This document shows positions 1 through 13,559 of a DNA stretch of 64,000 bases, piece after piece. The DNA is from Eledone cirrhosa (lineage: Eukaryota): the NCBI GenBank assembly GCA_964016885.1, contig OZ024741.1, positions 173,476,001 to 173,540,000 on the forward strand, read 5' to 3'. Both the position numbers and the translations under genes were made by a program. Position 1 is the first letter of the stretch, and every line of letters begins with the position of its first letter. Below the pieces are notes generated by a model. That model worked only from the letters and a program-made list of their open reading frames with translations, made no database searches and was not told the DNA's origin.

Positions 1-1289
1 GGACAAATACTGCATAATATGACATACAGAGAGGAAATGTGTTAGGGTGCAGTGTGACAGTCTAAACATGTTGTAATCTCTCCACTGGTCAGTTGCAGAG
101 GTTAAGCCCCAGCTGCTAATGGTACTCTTTACTTTGGAAAAGAGTGGACTGGGGCAACATGAAATGAAACATCCTGCTCGAAGAAATGAACCCTTGACCT
201 TATAATCATGACATGGGCCCAACAGCTTAACTACTAGTCATGTGACATGCAAGTAGTTGGTCAAATGAAGACACTCAACCTACAGATGCATATTTCCAGT
301 TATACCATGTCAAATCATAGCTGACAACAAATACTACATGATATGACATACAGAGAAGATTAGTATAGGGGTGCAGTGTGATAGTCTGGATATGTTGCAA
401 TCTTTTCACTGGCTGGTATATTTCTGTACACCTGTAAATTCTGGTGCTGAATACAGCAGAGGCAATCAAGATGAACTTGGTCAGAGTGCAACAGATTCTG
501 TTCTTCTGCTCTTATTGTTGGTGGTATGTGTCCTCCCAGCAGCGTGTTTGGGTCCAGTGCAACTATTGATGTTACAATGTTTTCTGTGTTTTGGGGTTTT
601 GCTTTTTGAAACTATCACGGTATTTTCTATGTTTAGTTAGTGAATACTGTTGTTGTTGAGTGTAGTGGTCTGAATTTGTATTGGAATTTGGTGAGTGGAG
701 GAGAGATATATATGGGCTAGTGATGTTAAGAATAAGACTTTCTAGAATTGCTGAGGATGTATTTAGGTAGGTGGTAGGTCTTTATGATGTTACTTCCCAT
801 AGGCTATATAACTGTTATAATTTTGTACATGAGAGCTAAAAGTGTCACCAGTTTCTCTGTCTTCCCTTTACTGCTGTTTGGTCCAGAGTTGCTTATTCAC
901 CCGGCAAGAGCTGGCTTATATTGCAGCTAACCATGATGTCTTTTGGCCATATTCACCACTTATAACCTATTCTCCAGCAGACCATCCCTACCAAGAAAAC
1001 TCTCCCAACCCAGTGATGTAGTTATGATGAAACAAGTAAAGACTTCCTCTAAAAATGCCTAGTCTCCTCAGGTCTGAGAAAATTAACAAATTGGTGACTG
1101 GCATGAATAAGACCACCAAAACTAAAGTATAGTCAGATTGAATAAAATCAATCACACCTTATCAGCCTTCAGGAAGGGTAAAAATGGATGTATTCAGTCA
1201 CTACAGTCCTTCATCAAACCAAGTATGAGATTCAATGATTTGAGATCAGCTCATACAACTTCTACCCAGATTTCCTTGGCTTCCCTCTA

Positions 1290-3760
1290 CAGTAACTGTT
1301 TTCCATTGGGATTTTTTGGAATGTCTTCACCCAATGATCCAATGATAATCATCCATGTGCATCATATAACCATACCAGCACTGTCTTCTCTCCTGCATAC
1401 TAAATCTAACTCCTCTTATACTCAGGTTTTCTCTTAGGTCATCTATGCATTGTCTTTCATGCATATTCACATTACATATCCACCAAAGCATGCTTGCTTC
1501 ATTTCTTGCCAGACTTTTCAAGTCCTCTGTATTCACTCTTCATGTTTCACTATGATGCAAAATCGCACTTCACACACAGGCATCATACAGCCAGCCTTTC
1601 TTTCATATAGAGAAACCTTTTGTTGTTAACAGAGGTAGTAGCTCCTTGAACTTTTTCCATCATGTTTTTACTCTTCTTTCTTACTTATCCAAACTTTGGT
1701 TTACTCTAAACCCTTTTGATTCGAAGTTTTGTTTCCAAAGCTGGAATTTCTTCTCTAGCTCTTCTAGTGATTAAGATATAAGAATCAGATCATCGGCATT
1801 CAGAAGTTCCCATGGACAATCTGACTTAAGCTCCTCTGCTATGGCCTAGAGAGCTATGATGAACTGCAATGGGCTGAGGATAGAGCCCTGATGAATACCT
1901 ACCTTCATTTAAATTCCTCACTAAACTAATTACCTTCTCCCACCTTTCTGACAGCTCCTTGCCATTTTTCTACACCTAGTTTTCTTAAGGACCACCAGAT
2001 GACAAATTGTGGTACTCTGTCAAAGACTTTCTCCAGATCAACAAAAGCCAGATGTAGTGGTTTACATTTAACTAGAAACTTCTCTTATAGTAGTTGTCTT
2101 ACTAAAACGAGGGTATCTATGGTGCTCCTGCCTGGCACAAAACCAAACTGCATCGCTTTTAATTTCACTCTTTGTGTCAATTTTACTACCTAGTCCATTA
2201 GTTTTATGTCCCATTAGTTGCTCATTTCTAGTGCATCATGTTTTCCCTTGCAGCAAATAATAAGTATACCACTACACTAGTCATTGGGTATGAGTCCATC
2301 ATATACTACCTGATTGATTATGTGGGGGACTAGTTCAACTCCTACATCCCCAGGGGATTTCAGCATCATGGTGACTATCTCCAGTAGACTGTTGGTCTTG
2401 TCATTTATCACCTCCACAATTGCTTTTTTGACCCTACAAGTGTTAAATTTGATAGCTGGTCCCTCTGTTGGTTCTACTGGGAGTAATCTCTTTTTCTCCC
2501 ACTCATTTTCATAATAGCATTTCCAGGCTTCTTTCTTTTGGGCATTAGTGATGCTAAGTGTACTAGTATCATTTTGAACACACTTTTCTCCAATGACGTT
2601 CTGGTTATCAATGACACTGCTTAGTAATGCAGAACACCTCATCTCTCTGATCCTCATGTTGCAAGATATCGGAAAACCTCCTGCTTACAGTATCTTTGCA
2701 TGCTATGTATACCTGTCACCTAGTTTCTCTTTCAGTTACTTGGTACTGATTTTTTCTGCCCTTATTTTTTCCAGTTATTCCATGCCTGACTCTTGACTTT
2801 AACCCTTTAGTATTTAAACCAGCCATATCCAGCCAGAATTCCCTCACCTCTTTCTGTTCAAACAGGCTGTAACTGGCTGCTCATTCTGATGTTAAGGTAT
2901 TGTTCTCAAAATGAATAATACCAAAATCTCATAGATTCGGTATTATGTGAGATAATTGTGAGGTAAAGCGTTTACCATGAAAATATAATAATAAATATCG
3001 AGTAATGTAAATACTAAAGGGTTAATGGCTCTGTCAAAAGTAATGTTCCACCCCATCACCCTTGACTTTGCTCCAGTCACATGTCACTTCAATATCCTGC
3101 AGTAGTTTGTCTCAGAAACTTCCAATTGTCTATGTCAGATGTCTCTAGCTCCTCCTCACTCTTGTCATATGGATCCTGTTGATCTTTTCTTAACAGTCAG
3201 ATCCTTTAGCTTCCATACTCTCTTTTTCTGTGTTTTCCAGCATATCTGGTTCCATCTTGTGCTTTTCTGATGTCCCTAGTAACTAACTTATGTTGTGTAG
3301 TGTATTTTTCTCCTGAACATAGCATTGATAATCAACTCCCTATCATGCTTTTTAACAAGTAAAAAGTGAACTTGGTTTGTGAATTCACTTGATTCATAAG
3401 TGATCAAGTGACTGGCCAGTTCCTTGAAGTCAGTGTTGCAAATAGTTAATTCATTTGCATAACAGAATTCTAGGAGTCTTGTTCCCTTTTCATTTCTCAC
3501 ACTATAATTATATCCTTCATGTACTCCCATGTAACTTTCCTGATGCTGCCCAACATGTTCATTGAATTCACTAGCTAGGATGATGAGGTGTTTGCCATCT
3601 GTAACTGTGGTTGTCTGTAGGAATACCTTATAGAAACTGTCCTTTTGTTCCTTACTTATTCCTGCTTGTGGTGCATAGCTAGAGATAATTGTCATCATTC
3701 TATTACCTATGAATATTCTGAGTTTGCTGGCAACCACCCTGATTAACACCATATCCCATC
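1290..3760 (-). mobile_element. Degraded RTE-clade LINE fragment (APE-RT), interrupted by a MITE
   Basis: Broken ORFs 3288-3803 (ISSYAPQAG, LLEFC, HLITYES = APE) and 2277-2657 resemble the near-intact RTE at 38580-41555; many stops and frameshifts. Confidence 0.85.
2803..3021 (+). mobile_element. piggyBac-type MITE, family A (~220 bp)
   Basis: TTAA|CCCTTTAGTATTTA...TAAATACTAAAGGG|TTAA terminal inverted repeats with TTAA on both sides; further copies at 8328, 50404, 52744. Confidence 0.8.
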
Positions 3761-4334
3761 CCCCACCTCCTTTCCACAACCTTACTATCTGTCTCTCCAC
3801 CACCTTCCTATCTGTCTTTCTGCCACTTTTCTATCTGTGTATGTGGCACCATGTCTGCCTGCCTGCCTGTCTGTCTGTCTGCCTACCTACCTACCTACAT
3901 GATGGCTGAAAACTCTGCTAAGAGTATTACAATCGCTTGTTAGATTATCGAACAAGCAATGTCTGTGGTTGGAAGGTTTTTTTAATTGGGTAAAGGCCTT
4001 GCACTCGACCAATCCCACTCTCTGAGCATCAAAAACACTACCTGAAAAGGAGAACTGGTCAACATCATCGGATGCTTCTAAAGCCGCAGGTTTTTTTTTC
4101 CGAGTTTCCCTCTTTTAGAAGGTGTAGTGACAACAAATGGAGGCCTTTCACTCGCAGGTGAAAAAAAAAAGTACTAGTACTATTTGGATGGCCGTTGACC
4201 CTGCTGAGTTTCTCCATCCATTGCTTACCTACATATATACATACCAAACTACCTACCCACATACCTAACTACCTTCATACCTACATACTTACCTACATAC
4301 TTATCTATTTATTTCTCTCTCTCTATCTCTATTT

Positions 4335-4376
<42 letters not shown>

Positions 4377-5342
4377 CTTTCTTAAACTCATAAGTCTGCA
4401 CTGAGTAATCATGGGCTCTGTATGCCATAAAAAAGGCAACAAATCTAAGAGAGAGGCCGTTCTAAATTAAAACTGACACAGAATAGAGTAGACTCTTCGA
4501 TCTAGCTAGACAACCTCTCTAGTGCTGGTGCACAATGAAATGTACCCATTCCATGCTCTAAAGTAGTTGGTGATAGGAATAGCATCTAGCCAGAAAAGCT
4601 ATCACAAAATCTATGGCCAGCAAAAAATGTGTGTGTGGTATTGTTTCATTAACTACAACAGAATCGGAGGAAGTTAGCTGTGTGCAAATATTATATGGCA
4701 TGTATTGAAATATATAACTGGAAGGAAGGGAAAGACCTTAAAATGTTAGTCATTAACAGTTATTCAGTTATTCCTAGGAGAGAATTTATAAGTATACAAT
4801 TTGCTTGTCTATTTTTTAGACATTCAAAGAAAGAACTGGTTTATTAATCGCTGGTCCAAGGTAGATAACTCTAGTTAACTATGTTTAAAGTTTCTTAATA
4901 GTATAGCAATGCATAGCCTGCTGACAAGCAGAAAGCCACTTGTTGTTTAGCTATGCAACACCATGTGTTGTGTGTAACCTTAGTCCTCCATCATGAAATA
5001 GTATCTGAAGAGCTCCTTTCAAACTCTTATGGTACTATTCACTTCATAAACACATTTCAATGTTTGGGATCAAAGAATTAGACTGAAACATTCAAAAGCT
5101 GTACGAATCGGTGTTAAGCATCCTTGTTTTCTTGAAATGTCTGGTGGTGATTAATAATTTTTACGTCAATGGTTTAACGTCAATTGCTTGGGTCTTATTG
5201 AGTAGTCAAAATGTTGGTATGAGTACTCATACAACAAACACCTTGTGGCCCACTAATTAATTGTATGAAGAGAACTCAAAAGACTATATACTTTTTTTTT
5301 TCATCTAGATGTATATTTTCTGGTCATACATTCCTTGTTTAA

Positions 5343-5570
5343 CCCTTTCATTACCATAACTATAATTTTCAAAACCTTTTGGAAATAATTAAGAATCTGA
5401 ATAATTCAGTAATATAACTTTATCATTATTTATCTGGTGTTTGGGACATATCTTATCAAAGGTTCTTACATAAAATTATGACTGGATTTTTTTTTAGATA
5501 AATATAAAATAATTAAAAATAAGTAGCTCAGTAACCAGGAGTAGTTTTAGATGGTTTGATATCAAAATGG
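5343..5570. mobile_element. piggyBac-type MITE, family B (diverged)
   Basis: TTAA|CCCTTTCATTACC...GATATCAAAATGG|TTAA; related copies near 36128-36298 and 61973-62177. Confidence 0.55.
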
Positions 5571-7074
5571 TTAAAAGTGGCATATATATAGATGGAAACA
5601 TAAAATGGCTTACCTTGCCAGTCTGACCCTAAATGTCACTCTTATCTAGGGGTCTCATAAGAGCTCATCAAGATAAATCCACTCCATATGGTAACCAACC
5701 AAGGAAGTGGCCCTGTACTAGTCATCTTCTACTCACAATATGAGCTTTGATTAACCTCCCATTGTGAGCACTTTCTCTATAGGAACCAATAAATGGCTCC
5801 ACATACTTCCTTCTCATACTCACATCATGCCACCAGAAAAGAGTGCCCTACCCTGATCCACTTCCACTTACAGAATATCACTCTTCCTGCCACTTCTGAC
5901 ACACCACCCATAATCCCATAACATATACGATATATTTTCATCCCTCCCCAGATATCTGCAGCATCAGACACATTGAAGACACCCAGTTAAAACTGGTAAT
6001 ATAGCCAACATGTACATAGGACCCTATACAGTTGTAGTGTTTGTAAAGAGGACACAAATCAGCTATGAGAAGAAATAGATTGGATTATTATCTCTATTTG
6101 TCATTGCCAGACTTTTATTTACTGTCTCAGTCAATATGAGCTTCAATTAGTCTCTCATTGAAAGTACTCTCACTATAGGAACCAATGAATGGCTCTACTG
6201 TTGAGTTAATATGCAGTCAAGGAAGACACATAAATAATTCTGGGTCCCATAAAACTAATAATCACAAGTTTAATGATTTTATTTAGTTGCAACGCTAGAA
6301 ATATAAGTGTTTGCCTTCATCTATGTTACAATATTGCATCAAGTTATGATTCCTGGCTGAATTAGTCAGAACAAATGGCAACTTATGACATACATCTGAG
6401 AGAAAGAGAAGAGAACGGGGTTAGAGAGAGAGAAAGGTAAAAGGGGATAGAGGAAAACAGAGGGAGAGTCTTATTTGGTTTTGTCTAATCAATTTAGATC
6501 AATCAAGAGAATCCAATAGGTTCCATCAAAGCTATATGGTAGATGTCGACATGTCAATCTCTTTCAAAACTATCTTTTAGATATGAACCCAGGAACACAT
6601 TCTTTGAAAAGTTGAGCAAATTTATAAGAAATTTAAACAAAATTTGGTCATATTACTTTGTGATAATCAAATAGAATACTTTGCTGAATTTGTTTCAGCT
6701 TTCTGTGCTCTGAGTTCAAATCCCATTGAGGTCAACTTTGGCTTTCATCCTTTCAAGGTTAATAAAATAAAAATGTAGCAGTCTAGTACTGGGGTTGATT
6801 ATTTCTCTATATCTCTCTCTCCTTCTTTGAAAGAAATTGGCTATGTTAAGACCTGGATAGGGATGGGCTCCTCTACTTTAAAGTATGTCATGACTGCACC
6901 CCTCTGACTCCACCAGGAGGCACATGTCAATACAATTCATACTTTGTTCTAGAGAATAACTGGTTAAATGAAAATACTTCCTTCTAATGTTTTCCCTTCA
7001 TTGCAAGAATAGGTGAGGGCATGATCCAGTTGTTGCCGAGAAAGTGTTGCATATTTGTATTCTGAGGGTCTTTC

Positions 7075-7595
7075 ATCATCATTATCATCATCATCATCAT
7101 CATCATCATCGTTTAACGTCCATCTTCCACGCTAGCATGGGTTAGATGGGATTGTCCCACTTGAGGCAAAATTGGTCGGGTGACTGTGTCTCGCTCGTAT
7201 AGAACTGTATCTGGCAGGTTTTCTATGGCTGGATGCACTTCCTAAAACCAACCATATTTACAGTGAGGACTGGGAGCCTTTTTACCATGTCTCCTAAGCG
7301 ACCACTTTACAGCATAGACTGGGTGCTTTTTGAGGTGACACCTACACAGCCACTTTACAGTGTGGACTGGATGTTCTGTGGTACCAATATAACTTTACAG
7401 AGAAAGGGTGGTGTGGGTGGAAGTGGAGGATGGAGTAGGGTAGAAGGGTGGGGTGTATATTTGGTTAAGAGGTGCCTACTGACTGTAGGTTTAACTTTGT
7501 ACATAAGGGAAGGTGGGTATTCTGTATTACTGCGTGGCGCCAAAGGTCTCGATCAGTAACATTGTCTTAGATAGGTGTAAGTGTGCAAGTGACAT
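7075..7595 (-). mobile_element. RTE LINE 3' end with (GAT)n tail
   Basis: (cat)n-cgtttaacgtccatcttccacgctagcatggg terminus shared with 19020-19510, 38188, 53325. Confidence 0.85.
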
Positions 7596-8327
7596 TGAGA
7601 ATTATTATCTACTTACAAATAAATCTTCCATCACGCAGTACTTACTAATGAGCTATGCCAGTTTAGGTGAGCTATAAGGATATAGCAATTTAGTCAACAA
7701 GTAATAAGTAAAATCAGTGGAAGGCCTACAATTTGGGGGACCCTAAAGCATAAACTATTATGAGGACTCTGTTACAACTAGCGACAATAGGGTATTCAAC
7801 AAGGCACAAAAACATTGCTTTTGGTGCTCTGGAAACTTAGGTTTCATTAGTTTTTTTTTATAGTAGATTTGTCAAGTCAGGAGAACTCAAACTATACGAT
7901 CATATAAAAAGATCAACTCATGGTGTGAGTAGGTTATGCCTGGAAGGAAGGTTGTCTGTAAGAGAAGCAGAGGCCGGCAGCCAAAACGATGGCTTGATAA
8001 TGTCAACCTATGGACTGGACTTGACTCTTTAAACTCTGCTGTTGGTGATCAAACTTTGTGGAGAAAAATATTTCATGTTGATGCATAGTCTGCAACTGGC
8101 AGAGTTTAGCATAAAAATAAACAAAAAAAACCGCAAACGAAAAGAGGAAAACAATTGCCTCGTAAATGCATTGCAACCAAGCTTTGTCAGTATGTGATGT
8201 ATATGAAATATGAAAATATAAATAATTGTCCCTCGAACAATTCTTTCATTACCTTCTTATGTGTCACTTGCTGCCTAGGAATTTTTTAATCATGTTTCTG
8301 CTGACTCTCATCAATTTCTCATATTAA

Positions 8328-8548
8328 CTCTTTAGCATTTACATTACTCTATATTTACTATTGTATTTTCAGGATAAAGTCTTTACCTCACATAATTATC
8401 TCAAATAATACCGAGTCTATGAGATTTTGATATTATTTATTTTGAGAAAACTACCTTAACATCAATATGAGCGGCCAGTTACAGTTGGTTTTAACAGAAA
8501 GAGGTGAGAGAATTCTGGAGGGATATGGCTGGTTTAAATGCTAATGGG
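8328..8548 (-). mobile_element. piggyBac-type MITE, family A
   Basis: Reverse copy of 2803-3021 with TTAA on both sides. Confidence 0.75.
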
Positions 8549-8689
8549 TTAAAAGTCAGATGGTAGATTTGTTGTGTTCATGAAACATATATATATACAC
8601 TAGGTCCAAACACAAAAGAACGAAACTCCCACTGTCAATGTCTCTGTCTCTTCTGCTCTCCCCATCTCTCACTATTATGAGCAAATGGG

Positions 8690-8870
8690 GGTACATATGC
8701 TGGCCATCCGCGGCCCTGGTGTACAGAATAGAGAAGACGTTTCCCCAAAGGAATGTGAGGGAGACACGCTGGAAGAGGCATTCCAGCTCGTGAGGCTCAC
8801 ATCTGTGGGTAGCCAACTCTGTGCCAATGGAGGTGAGTAGGGAGATGGCCCTAAAGTGGTATTTAAGAGT
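8690..8870 (-). mobile_element. CRE-like non-LTR retrotransposon 3' fragment (C-terminus of restriction-like endonuclease)
   Basis: Translation LLTSIGTELATHRCEPHELECLFQRVSLTFLWGNVFSIL resembles the LFQRxSxAIxRGNAxSIL C-terminal signature of CRE-type elements; second copy at 13150-13320. Confidence 0.6.
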
Positions 8871-9247
8871 CAAGAGAGAGGTCTTATACTCAGGTAGGTT
8901 TTATATAAGATGATAAGGTGTCATTTGATTTCATAGTTGGTAGTCATATTTTTTATTGTGATGGCCTGATCCCTTCCAAGTGACTACTTTTCAGTTATTC
9001 AGAATCGTAATTTAGTTACTGTATATAATTTATATTGTTTATATATTTATACTGTTTTATTTTATATTTTCCATATGTTTGTCACACTGTTTTTCTACGT
9101 ATATTTCTTTATTTATACTGTACTTTACTGTGTAATAATGCCTCTATTTGTTGTACTTGTTACAAGTAAACAAACGTTATTTTTAATCAAGATATTAATG
9201 ATTACTAAATAAACTAAAACATATTGTATAACGTCAACCATTTATTA

Positions 9248-9290
9248 TACACTAGCTGATGTACCCGGCTTTGCCTGGAAGAATAGTTAC
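9248..9290 (+). mobile_element. Possible Helitron/Helentron-type non-autonomous element terminus
   Basis: TACACTAGCTGATGTACCCGGCTTTGCCTGG resembles CTAG plus short-hairpin termini; other end not defined. Confidence 0.3.
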
Positions 9291-10020
9291 GAGAAGATGG
9301 ATAAAAGAGAAAACGACTGTATTGGATGTGTTGTCTGGTATGAGGTGAGACCGTAATGTGTGTGTGTGTGAGTGTGTGAGAGAGAGACATAAACAAAATA
9401 ATCATAAAACTTCCTTATTAGGCTGGGGAAATAAACTGCCGATTAAATGGTAGCATTGGCCTTGGATTTTAAATGTTGTGAAATAACCATAGTCAATATG
9501 ATCTTTTTCAGCTCCAAAGGACATCATCTGAAACACAGCAATATACCGCATAACATTGCTTGTGAAGGGCTGCTTCGTTAGTACGGTCTGTAAGTAGTAT
9601 ATGGATAAAAGCTGGAGGGTAGATTAATTTCAAATAGTATCAATTTATCTTTGTTCTGTAAAATCAAAGACTGTAAAACTACTTTATAAAAGCTAACGCA
9701 ATATTGTTAAACTTTCAACTGATATAATTTGATCTATAGTTTAAGCCGATGTGGGACGTCACTCTCTCTCTCTCTCTTTCTCTCTCTCTATCACTCTCAC
9801 TCTCTCTCTCTCTCTCTCTCACTCGCTCTCTCTCCCTCTCACTCGCTCTCTCTCTTTGAATATCTAACACTTTAATTGTATCTCTCTCAATATAACGGCC
9901 TATCTCTCTTTTTCTGCCTCTCCCTCTATGTGTGTGTGTCTCTCTCTAGATGTGTGTGTATGTACTTGTGTGTCTGTGTAGTTTTCGTGTGATTCAACTA
10001 ACCAATAAACTTCTTTCTTT

Positions 10021-10205
10021 GGATTGGCAGTATCGGTAAAGGTCGGCCGCCATGCTTTGAAGCATAGAGTTACCTCCCTTTATGATCTGAGTTCAAATCC
10101 CGTCGAGGTTAACTTTGCCTTTCATCCTTACGGGGTCGATAAAATAAAGTACCAGTAATGCACTGGAATAATTGCTGGCCTTGTGCCCAAAGCAGAAACA
10201 ATTAG
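10021..10205 (+). mobile_element. tRNA-derived SINE, family 1
   Basis: B-box-like GAGTTCAAATCC followed by conserved body gaggttaactttgcctttcatccttacggggtcgataaaataaagtaccag; many copies (6700, 27100-27460, 47860, 48890, 57720-58090). Confidence 0.8.
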
Positions 10206-10644
10206 ATATCTTATGCGACATAGTTTATTCAAGGAACATTACTCTTGTACTTTTTGTTTTTACCTGAACAAGGGAAGTAACTTTAGCAACGATGTACCGA
10301 TGTATATGTTTTGCAAGGTTTTTGATATAAAATCGTGTGTTGAAACAGATATTGTTATATTTGGGGAGGGACATGTTCTCCTATAGCTGGCGATGCTGCC
10401 AACCTATTTATGGTATGGTGGATAAGGAGACTCAAAGAACGCCTAACAGAGAACTCCATAACCCTCTTTATCGACTTTCGTGTTAATACAGTAATAAAAA
10501 CACCCCCACAAGAGAGTACATATGAATCTGAATTAGAATCTAACACCATGGAGAGCGTCCAGCAAATAGCTAACTCCATACACCAGACCATCAGAGTAAC
10601 TATCGACTACCCTATCAAATACCCCAACTGTAGACTACCAGTAT

Positions 10645-10669
<25 letters not shown>

Positions 10670-10680
<11 letters not shown>

Positions 10681-12055
10681 AGATTATTAGTTAGGTTCTA
10701 AGGAAAAAATCCGCGTATAACGGGGGACGCAAATATAGGTGGGTATAGTGTGTGTATATATATATATACACACACACACACTACATATTATTAGTTAGGT
10801 TCTAAGGAAAAATCCGCGAATGTGGGGCCGTGAATATGCGGGGATACGCTGTGTATATATATATACAACAGATTAGTAGGATCTAAGGGAAAATCCGCGA
10901 ATAATGGGGGCCATGAATATGCGGGATAGTCTGCGAATAATGGGGGCCCTGAATATGCTGGGTGTACACTATATATATACAACAGATTATTAGTTAGATT
11001 CTAAGGAAAATTCTGTGTATCACAGGGGTTGCCAATATGCGGGGGTACACCGTATATATTTACACAACTGATTATTATTTAGGTTCTAAAGGAAAATCCG
11101 CATATGACGGTGGCACCCTGTATATGTGGGGGTACCCTGTATATATATATACAATAGATTATTATAATAAAATGTTATAATTTGCTTGAAGCATTGTATA
11201 TAGTATATAATGTTGAAAGAGATAGAAGGCTGAACAATGTCAAATGGACTGTAAGATGAGGTAACGAAAAGTAAAAGTTACCTAGTAATATTTGTTTTGT
11301 TTTCTTGTTGTCATTGTTCTTCTCTTTTCTGTCCATAGATTATTTGTTATTTTCTAAGGAAAAATCCACAAATAATGGGTGCTGCAAATATGTGGGTGTA
11401 TACTATATACATACAACAGAATATTGAGATAGATTTTAAGGAAAAATTCGGGTAGAACGGGGACCGCGAATATGTGGAGTGTACACTATATATATAAAAC
11501 AGTTTATTAGTTAGGTTTTATGGGAAAATCTACAAATAATGGGGGCCGCAAATATGCGTGTGTACACTATATATATATATATGTATACAACAGATTATTA
11601 GTTAGGTTCTGAGGGAAAATCTACGTATAACAGAGGCCGCGAATATGTGGAGGTACACTATATATATATATACAAAAGGTTATTGGTTAGGTTCTAAAGG
11701 AAAATCCGCATATGACGAGGGCCGAGAATATGCACTGTGTACACTGTATATATATATACACAACAGATTATTTGTTAGGATGTAAAGGAAAATCCACATA
11801 TAACAGGGGCCACAAATATAAAGGAGGTTCAGTATATATACACAACTGATTATTAGTCAGGTTCTAAGGGAAAATCTGCATATGACGGTGGCTGTGAGTA
11901 TGTGGAGGTACACTGTATATATTCAACAGATTATTAGTGAGGTTCTAGGAAAAAAATCCACATATAAGAGAGGCTATGAATATTCAGGGTGCACTGTATT
12001 TATAAATATTCACAACTGATTATTAGTTAGGTTCTAAGGGAAATTCCACATATAC
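10670..12055. repeat. Minisatellite, ~70-80 bp unit, roughly 17 diverged copies
   Basis: Unit caacagattattagttaggttctaaggaaaatccgcatataacgggggccgcgaatatgcggggtacactg(TA)n repeated; one interruption at ~11170-11335. Confidence 0.9.
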
Positions 12056-12059
12056 ACTG

Positions 12060-13010
12060 AAATCTGATCACATACTGTAAACGAGAATCCCCAAATCCTC
12101 TACATTATGCTAAACCTATGGCCTCCAAATACCTAATACCTAATACCAATAGTGCTAAGTTTAATATCCTGGTTGCAGACTTAGTAAGAGTGATGAAAAT
12201 TGTGTTCTGCATGTGCAAGCCAGCTGAACTAGAAAGACACGTTCAACACTTCATTCATTGCATGCAGTTCTCTGGTGACAACCAAATAGTCAGAATTAGA
12301 GTGTACAAAGAGGCCACGGCGAAATACAAGACCTTCATAGAGATGTACATGAAAGGGGTTTGCCCACTATACAGGAGCAAATCATGAAATAGTATAGATA
12401 GCACTGGACACAAAATAGGGTAAGCCAACTCATGGCATGACTGCTAGAGATACCAGAGTGTCATGCTCATGGATGCAAACCCTGGAAGTGAACTAGCTAA
12501 CCAATTTAGAAAGGCCTTAAGAAAAACCTATTTAAATATTGAAGTGATAGAAAAGCCAGGAACTACCATAAAATCCCTGATCAGTAAAACTAACCCCTTT
12601 GAGAAAACCCGCTGTACAAGTAAGAAATGTGTAATATGTAGAGTAAGTCCACAAATAAATTGTAAACGAGAAATGTAGTCTATTGCATAAGATGTACAGA
12701 GGGTGTCTGCAGAAACATGACAACATATATAGGAGAGACAGCCAGTAGCATAGGAGAGAGAGTAGACCAACACTGGATTGAACTAAAAAGACAAAAAGAC
12801 AATTCAGTACTATATGAACATGCAAGACATGATGGTAAAATAGATAACATAGAAGATAAAATAATGTTTAAACATAGGAATGACTCGACAATTAGACAAA
12901 TTAGGGAGGCTACAGAAATAGAATTAAGAAAACCTAGTCTGAACAGAAAACATGAATGGAGTAACAACTATACACAAACACACTCTAGTGACCAAAGGTA
13001 GAATATAAAC
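12060..13010 (+). mobile_element. Penelope-like element 3' part (RT thumb and GIY-YIG endonuclease), degraded
   Basis: YAKPMASKYLIP thumb-like motif, Cys linker CTSKKCVIC, VYCIRC...YIGET...RVDQH, REATEI..KPSLNRKHEW; frameshifts present. Confidence 0.85.
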
Positions 13011-13149
13011 ACATAAACAAAGCAGACTCAGGCATGAACATATAAAAACACACCAAACAGAATACACACATACAAATGCATGCACAAACAGCAACAATCA
13101 AAATAAATAAATAAATTAATTAAATAAAAAAACGTTATAGGAACACGAT

Positions 13150-13320
13150 AACCACTGAAGTGGACAGAATAGAGTAGGATTTTCCCCGGAAGATGGTGAG
13201 GGAGATGCACTAGAATTGTCATTCCAGTTCATGAGGCTCACACTTGCAGGTAGCCAACTCAGTGCTGATGGTGAGCAGGGAGGTGGCCTTAGGGCTAAGG
13301 ACACCAGAAGTCTCCATAGC
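13150..13320 (-). mobile_element. CRE-like non-LTR retrotransposon 3' fragment, second copy
   Basis: AMETSGVLSPKATSLLTISTELATCKCEPHELE*QF*CISLTIFRGKSYSIL; similar to 8690-8870. Confidence 0.6.
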
Positions 13321-13559
13321 AATTCTCAAAGAAAAATAGCAATAATTTCAAGAAATTAAAAATTGATTTCACAGAATTAATTTACATGTTGAGGGTAAAA
13401 TCTGATCTTTCTTTGTAGGCAACAGGAAAACTAAGGACATGTTTTGGTTTTATTGGATCTCATCAGCACAGCATAATTTACTGAAGCCTGCTTTGGTGGC
13501 CAATTGACAAAATACTTTTACAAACAAACAAAAATAGTTAAGTAGAGTTTGGGACAGAT

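Noticed and set aside
400-830. Possible Penelope coding remnant on minus
   Set aside because: Too degraded to identify a diagnostic motif by eye
4820-4860. Possible 41-nt exon (ttttag|ACATTC...CCAAG|gtagat) of a neighbouring gene
   Set aside because: No recognisable peptide and no phase-compatible partner exons found; cannot be supported without RNA data
10670-12055. CRISPR-like array
   Set aside because: The whole unit repeats with drift, there are no unique spacers or cas genes, and the context is eukaryotic
13419-13510. Possible exon after ctttgtag
   Set aside because: Early stops in all frames and no recognisable homology
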